A DNA stretch of 57,486 nucleotides, taken from the IMG/VR virus record IMGVR_UViG_3300042298_002341, positions 1 to 57,486 of that record; one strand, written 5' to 3'. A model generated the notes under the pieces. That model had not been told where the DNA came from. It did no database searches and saw nothing but the letters and a program-made list of their open reading frames with translations. Origin of the DNA: a virus. Its lineage: Duplodnaviria; Caudoviricetes. Numbering within the stretch: position 1 is the first letter of the stretch; every line of letters starts with the position of its first letter. This document shows, in pieces, positions 53,676-57,486 of the stretch. The position numbers were made by a program, and so were the translations under genes.

Positions 53676-53890
53676 TTCGTCCATCCTTTCGGCGGCTCTG
53701 CGAGGCCGCGCCAGGGTAATTCTTTCATCGACATACCGCCGTTGTTTGCAGCGCAATCTGGGTATCTGCTTCCTAAACACCAACGCTTACCATCCCAGCG
53801 GCGATACCAAGTCATGAGTTCGTTTTGCACCTCATACACCCCCGGATACGCCGGCTTGATCTCAGGTGGGAACCACGGTGTGAGTTTCAT
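53672..53890 (-). CDS. Array gene B1 ([13 protein letters not shown])
   Basis: Ends [14 protein letters not shown]. Confidence 0.8.
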   Translation of the reverse strand: MKLTPWFPPEIKPAYPGVYEVQNELMTWYRRWDGKRWCLGSRYPDCAANNGGMSMKELPWRGLAEPPKGWTK

Positions 53891-54108
53891 TTCTTCCCCT
53901 CCGCTTTCGCGATGGCGGCTCTGGCGGTCTGTTCTGCGCGTCCGATCAATTGGGGCAATGCCATCTCCAGCGCCGCCAGCAGTTCGGTGTTCAAGGCGTG
54001 CAGCCGGCGCAGTTCGGCGGCGGCTTTCCCATATCGTCCGTCGCTACTCCACTCCCACGCGGCAAGCGCATCAGCCAGCCACAGGGCTCCGGGTTGTTGG
54101 TCAGCCAT
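53887..54108 (-). CDS. Array gene A1 (MADQQPGAL...[12 protein letters not shown])
   Basis: AAGGAG RBS; shared termini. Confidence 0.8.
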   Translation of the reverse strand: MADQQPGALWLADALAAWEWSSDGRYGKAAAELRRLHALNTELLAALEMALPQLIGRAEQTARAAIAKAEGKK

Positions 54109-54799
54109 TGTTCTTCTCCTTCAACGCGGCCTTAACGGCGCGGGCGAACTGCTGTCGCGTTAACCTCAATTCGTTCAAAACCTCAATCTTCTCCTCCGTC
54201 AGCCCCTGCCACTCGCGGCGGGGTGGGTGGGTGTAGAGGCTTTCGCCATCACGCAGCCTGCGCGCCGTCTCGACCTCCGCAACGAAACGCCCATTGTGGT
54301 ACTGGCCGACCGTCTGTAGAACTCGCGCCGCCGGCTCCTGCTCCGTCTGCTCCTCCTGCTCCAGCACCGCATCGGCCACCCAACTTGCGCCTTGATACAC
54401 CCCCTTGCGCTCCGCAGCCACCGCCATAGCGGCTGCACCAATCAACAGTTCGCGCAGTTCCGGCCGCTCCGGCTGCTCCAGCGCGGCGCGGAGCAACGCC
54501 GCCACGTTGTTGATAGCGTTGAGTGAAACCGTGTCTGTCTCCAACGCCTCCAGCGCCTGCTCCAGCAAGGCGCGGAGCCTGCGGATCTCAGCCATGTGCT
54601 CGCGCAGCGATGACTGTGTGGCCTCCAGCAGCGACCAATCTATCTCCTGCTGCTCCAGCGCGGCGCGGAGGGCGGTGATGGCTTCTTGTCCAAGTCGAAT
54701 GGCTTTTGTGAACTCTAGCGGGTATTTGTGTTGCACATTCCGCTCCAACGCATCCAGCGCCTGCTCCAGCAGAGCGCGGTCAATCATGATCTTGCTCAT
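54101..54799 (-). CDS. Mosaic early protein with internal repeats
   Basis: ALLEQAL(D/E)ALE and LRAALEQ each occur twice; ends LYTHPP..WQGLT..FARA..LKEKN. Confidence 0.75.
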   Translation of the reverse strand: MSKIMIDRALLEQALDALERNVQHKYPLEFTKAIRLGQEAITALRAALEQQEIDWSLLEATQSSLREHMAEIRRLRALLEQALEALETDTVSLNAINNVAALLRAALEQPERPELRELLIGAAAMAVAAERKGVYQGASWVADAVLEQEEQTEQEPAARVLQTVGQYHNGRFVAEVETARRLRDGESLYTHPPRREWQGLTEEKIEVLNELRLTRQQFARAVKAALKEKNNG

Positions 54800-54966
54800 C
54801 ACCACACCCCCAGCCAGACGCCTGTGCCATGAATCCATGCCACAGGGAAAAACAAAGCACCCGCCACCAAGAAGCCCCACGATCCGTCGGCGAGGCAAGT
54901 GATGATGTGGGTGAGCCACGATGCAAACATCCAAACGAAAAATACGATGGGCCAGATGTCACTCAT
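54799..54966 (-). CDS. Small membrane protein (55 aa, below the track cutoff)
   Basis: MSDIWPIVFFVWMFASWLTHIITCLADGSWGFLVAGALFFPVAWIHGTGVWLGVW; GGAGG RBS; overlaps both neighbours. Confidence 0.75.
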   Translation of the reverse strand: MSDIWPIVFFVWMFASWLTHIITCLADGSWGFLVAGALFFPVAWIHGTGVWLGVW

Positions 54967-55478
54967 TTGATCACCTCCTCAGTGCAAAACACCCGGCGGA
55001 ACTCGGCTTCTTGTGCGGCACTCGCTACGTCACTCGCTACGGCACTCGCTGCGTCACACGCTGCGGCCCTCGCTGCGGCCCACGCTGCGCCCCTCGCTGC
55101 GGCCAACGCTGCGGCCAACGCTGCGGCCAACGCTGCGTCACTCGCTGCGTCACTCGCTGCGGCCAACTCAGCATCCGTAGCCTCACCGTCGGCGTGTCGC
55201 TCTGCCACGTCAAGGGCAGCCAGCGAGCGAGGGTCCGCCATCAGGTGCTGTACTTTTCGGGCGCACCAGACTGCGTAGAGTCGAGCCTCACGGTCGATAC
55301 CGTCGCAGGCACGCAGGCACCACAAGGCATCGTCCAGTCCGTTGGACTCCAACACCGTCGCCAGTGCGAGCGGCTCGTCGTCAGCCTGCGTCTTGCCAAG
55401 ATGCTTGAGCAGTTTGACCCAGCCGCTCTCGCGCGGACCGTGCGAGCGGATCTTGTTCAGGGTGGTGTAGACCATCAT
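54963..55478 (-). CDS. Imm5-like helical protein with xxAA tetrapeptide repeats
   Basis: RLYAVWCA..V...DPRS..ALDVA...G.AT..EL.AA followed by Ala-rich repeats. Confidence 0.7.
   Translation of the reverse strand: MMVYTTLNKIRSHGPRESGWVKLLKHLGKTQADDEPLALATVLESNGLDDALWCLRACDGIDREARLYAVWCARKVQHLMADPRSLAALDVAERHADGEATDAELAAASDAASDAALAAALAAALAAARGAAWAAARAAACDAASAVASDVASAAQEAEFRRVFCTEEVIK
55015..55164 (-). repeat. About twelve 12-bp coding tandem repeats G(C/A)CG(C/T)AGCG-NNN
   Basis: Read directly; the last codon varies (AGT, TTG, AGG, TGG, TGT). Confidence 0.9.
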
Positions 55479-55774
55479 TTGATCACCTCGTAGATGCCGG
55501 GGTTGTTGGGGGATACTGCGTTGAGCCTGCGTATCCAGCCGTACACGGTGAGATGTGCGCAGATGCTCTGCGCCTTGTTGTAGGGCAGTCCGGTGTCGCG
55601 CATGATGTCCGTCACCCTGAAGCTGCCGGGGTATTTCTCAGCCGCTGTCAGCACGCGGCCGAGGTAGGTGTTGGTGCGTGGGCGCTGGCGGTCGGGCGTC
55701 ATGGGCCGGGCGTCGTAGACGCGCCGGGGGAGGACGTAGGCCAGCCGTTCGTGGGCCTGCAGTGCGGCGTTCAT
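55475..55774 (-). CDS. Putative winged-HTH protein
   Basis: FRVTDIMRDTGLPYNKAQSICAHLTVYGWI; ATGA overlaps. Confidence 0.6.
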   Translation of the reverse strand: MNAALQAHERLAYVLPRRVYDARPMTPDRQRPRTNTYLGRVLTAAEKYPGSFRVTDIMRDTGLPYNKAQSICAHLTVYGWIRRLNAVSPNNPGIYEVIK

Positions 55775-55974
55775 TCGCGTTCTCCGTCCCGGACGTAGGC
55801 GCTCAGGCGCGTGATCGACGCCTGATAGTACTTGACCATCTGCTGCGAGTACTCGGTCTGCGACTGATAGACCAGCAGCTGCCGCTGCGCCTCCTCCAGC
55901 TGCTTGCGCGCGATAGCCTGCGCGTTGGGCTTGCTGTACATGGTCTTGATCGTTTTGGTGATCTGCGTGAGCAT
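55771..55974 (-). CDS. Small coiled-coil protein
   Basis: 67 aa, AGGAG RBS. Confidence 0.7.
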   Translation of the reverse strand: MLTQITKTIKTMYSKPNAQAIARKQLEEAQRQLLVYQSQTEYSQQMVKYYQASITRLSAYVRDGERE

Positions 55975-56009
55975 GAGAGACTCCTGTTGTCAAATGCACC
56001 CTTGCGGGC

Positions 56010-56032
56010 AAAAAAAGGGGGCCGAAGCCCCC
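56010..56032 (-). terminator. Intrinsic terminator with cUUCGg tetraloop
   Basis: Minus strand GGGGGC-TTCG-GCCCCC-TTTTTTT. Confidence 0.9.
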
Positions 56033-56058
56033 GAGTGGCCTTCGCTGCCTACGGCTGC

Positions 56059-56322
56059 TTACGCAGCACGCCAGACGCGATAGCCGATCTTGCCGTCCTT
56101 CGAGGCTTTGCCCGTACGGAACGTCCTGCCGGTTCGCTTGGCAGCAGCTGCCGATGCGCCCGACATACGACGCGCCAGCTTATGCATCGCCTCATCGCGA
56201 TCTTCGATGCTCTCATCGATGGCGACGAAGAACGACTGGCCCACCTCCATCGTCTCGTACGGGTAGCGAGCGTTGCGAGCGGCTTTGCTGGGGAGCGGAA
56301 TGTTGTCTTCGAGAGTGAACAT
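56059..56322 (-). CDS. Small putative DNA-binding protein (YPY..MEVGQSFFV...RVWR)
   Basis: 87 aa, AAGGA RBS; motif common in phages. Confidence 0.75.
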   Translation of the reverse strand: MFTLEDNIPLPSKAARNARYPYETMEVGQSFFVAIDESIEDRDEAMHKLARRMSGASAAAAKRTGRTFRTGKASKDGKIGYRVWRAA

Positions 56323-56349
56323 GTGAGTCCTTTGTTGTTGAGGTTGTGG

Positions 56350-57330
56350 TCAGGTCGGCAGCAGCGCGGTCATCGCATTCAGAGCACGGGTCTTCAGGTC
56401 CGACCCCGGCCCCCACTGCGCAGAGACAAAGCGGTTCTCGTCTGAGCGAGCGCGGGTCCAGTGATCGACGTACTCAGTGACTGCGTTGACGTAGCCCCAT
56501 CCGGTTCCAAACACGCCGTCGAGCTTAGCACCCTTACCGTCGCCTTTGAACAAGTCGATGATCTTGTTGTATCCGGCCGACAGGCGCACCTTGTCGTCGC
56601 TCGGCCCCGTGCCCAGCAATGCAGCCGTCGTGATATCTGCAAGCTCATCGTTCACGGTCACGTTAGCCAGCCGCACGATCTGATGGCGGAACGCAGCCCA
56701 TGCTGCCTCGTTGAGCCCCATGAACTCCGTGACTTGCGCGGGGTCGAAAACGGAACGATGCGTGACACGCACTGACGGCTTGGCGTCCGCCATGGCCATC
56801 GCCAGCGTGTTTTCGCACACGGTGCGCACTGACGTGCGACGCACCTCGGTACCCGAGGAACCATCAGCGCTGGTGGAGACCAACAGGAAGCCCCCAATGC
56901 TGTCCTTGACGGACAGCGGGCTTGCTTCGCCGATCTTGGCCGTCGCCCAGAAGCGCTTGCCTCCGTGGATCGTGCCCGCAGCCGACAACTCCAGCCCGCC
57001 GACGCGCACGATGTCGCGGAAGAACTCCAGCACCTGTGCCGGCTGCACGATTTTGTACCGCTCGCTGACGATGCCCAGCGCCGCCTTGGTGTCACTGCGG
57101 AACAGGACGTGCTGCTCAGGCAGTTCGAGGAAGTTGGCGTCGGGGGCCGTGGCGTAGCGCACCTTCGAGCGCTTGATGCACCAGTTCATGCCGGCGGCTT
57201 CGCGCCACTCGTCGATGTTGGTGCCGTTGTCCACGGGATTGCCCAGACCATGCCAGCCTGCGCCATCAGAGCGCAGATAGGCGTACTCGATCTTGTTGGT
57301 CAGGGTGTTGGTGGTGAGTTCGTGTGACAT
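56350..57330 (-). CDS. DUF932-like phage/plasmid protein
   Basis: WHGLG, LGIVSERYKIVQP, AGTIHGGKRFW, RTVCENTL, GTGWGYVNAVTEYVDH. Confidence 0.85.
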   Translation of the reverse strand: MSHELTTNTLTNKIEYAYLRSDGAGWHGLGNPVDNGTNIDEWREAAGMNWCIKRSKVRYATAPDANFLELPEQHVLFRSDTKAALGIVSERYKIVQPAQVLEFFRDIVRVGGLELSAAGTIHGGKRFWATAKIGEASPLSVKDSIGGFLLVSTSADGSSGTEVRRTSVRTVCENTLAMAMADAKPSVRVTHRSVFDPAQVTEFMGLNEAAWAAFRHQIVRLANVTVNDELADITTAALLGTGPSDDKVRLSAGYNKIIDLFKGDGKGAKLDGVFGTGWGYVNAVTEYVDHWTRARSDENRFVSAQWGPGSDLKTRALNAMTALLPT

Positions 57331-57380
57331 GGTGAGTTTCCCTAGTTGAGTGGGGTTAGGACAGAAGTGACGGTAGAGAC

Positions 57381-57409
57381 ATAGTACATCAACGCTTGAC
57401 CGTCTGCAA
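57381..57409 (-). promoter_or_regulatory. Sigma70-like early promoter
   Basis: TTGCAG-17 nt-TACTAT on the minus strand, about 50 nt upstream of the DUF932-like start. Confidence 0.6.
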
Positions 57410-57486
57410 GCTAAGCTGACACTGGCCGGTTTACTGAGTGCGTGCCTTGTTCACTAGCGCATGCATAGCCTCCAGCGCTTTGACGG

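Larger units (their letters stand above)
52799..53918. repeat. Four copies of junction repeat TCAT(GA/TT)CTTCCCCTCCGCTTT(T/C)GCGATGGC
   Basis: Copies start at 52799, 53059, 53385 and 53887. Each encodes AIAKAEGK, the RBS GGAGG and an ATGA overlap. Confidence 0.9.

Noticed and set aside
52799-53918. Junction repeats as a CRISPR array or integron attC sites
   Set aside because: The repeats are coding and non-palindromic, spaced 260-500 bp apart, with no cas genes or tyrosine recombinase.
55015-55164. 12-bp repeats as CRISPR or a DGR variable region
   Set aside because: No spacers, no template/variable repeat pair and no reverse transcriptase.

Overview
The window is most of the genome of a GC-rich tailed dsDNA phage with a podovirus-like layout: no tape-measure or sheath gene is recognisable, and the internal virion proteins are large. 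The host is probably a proteobacterium (inference). The + strand arm (436-39691) carries terminase, portal, a GroES-like protein, scaffold, major capsid, small basic proteins, adaptor/nozzle/fibre genes, a lysis cassette, two free-standing homing endonucleases, three internal proteins and a 2996-aa polyvalent protein. The - strand arm (39675-57330) carries primase-helicase, an SSB-like protein, SNF2 helicase, PD-(D/E)XK nuclease, family A DNA polymerase, VRR-NUC, a mosaic array of small early genes and a DUF932-like gene. The early arm appears to continue past the right edge. I saw no integrase, tRNA, CRISPR array or reverse transcriptase. Most notable: (1) a hydrophobic-A-x-G-G tag shared by seven putative internal virion proteins, with a candidate reader domain; (2) a ~140-nt multi-pseudoknot element upstream of VRR-NUC; (3) a VRR-NUC frame with no stop that runs through a nested gene into the polymerase; (4) an H-type pseudoknot just after the capsid terminator; (5) an early-gene array built from repeated junction sequences. 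All family assignments come from motif recognition by eye; no searches were run.
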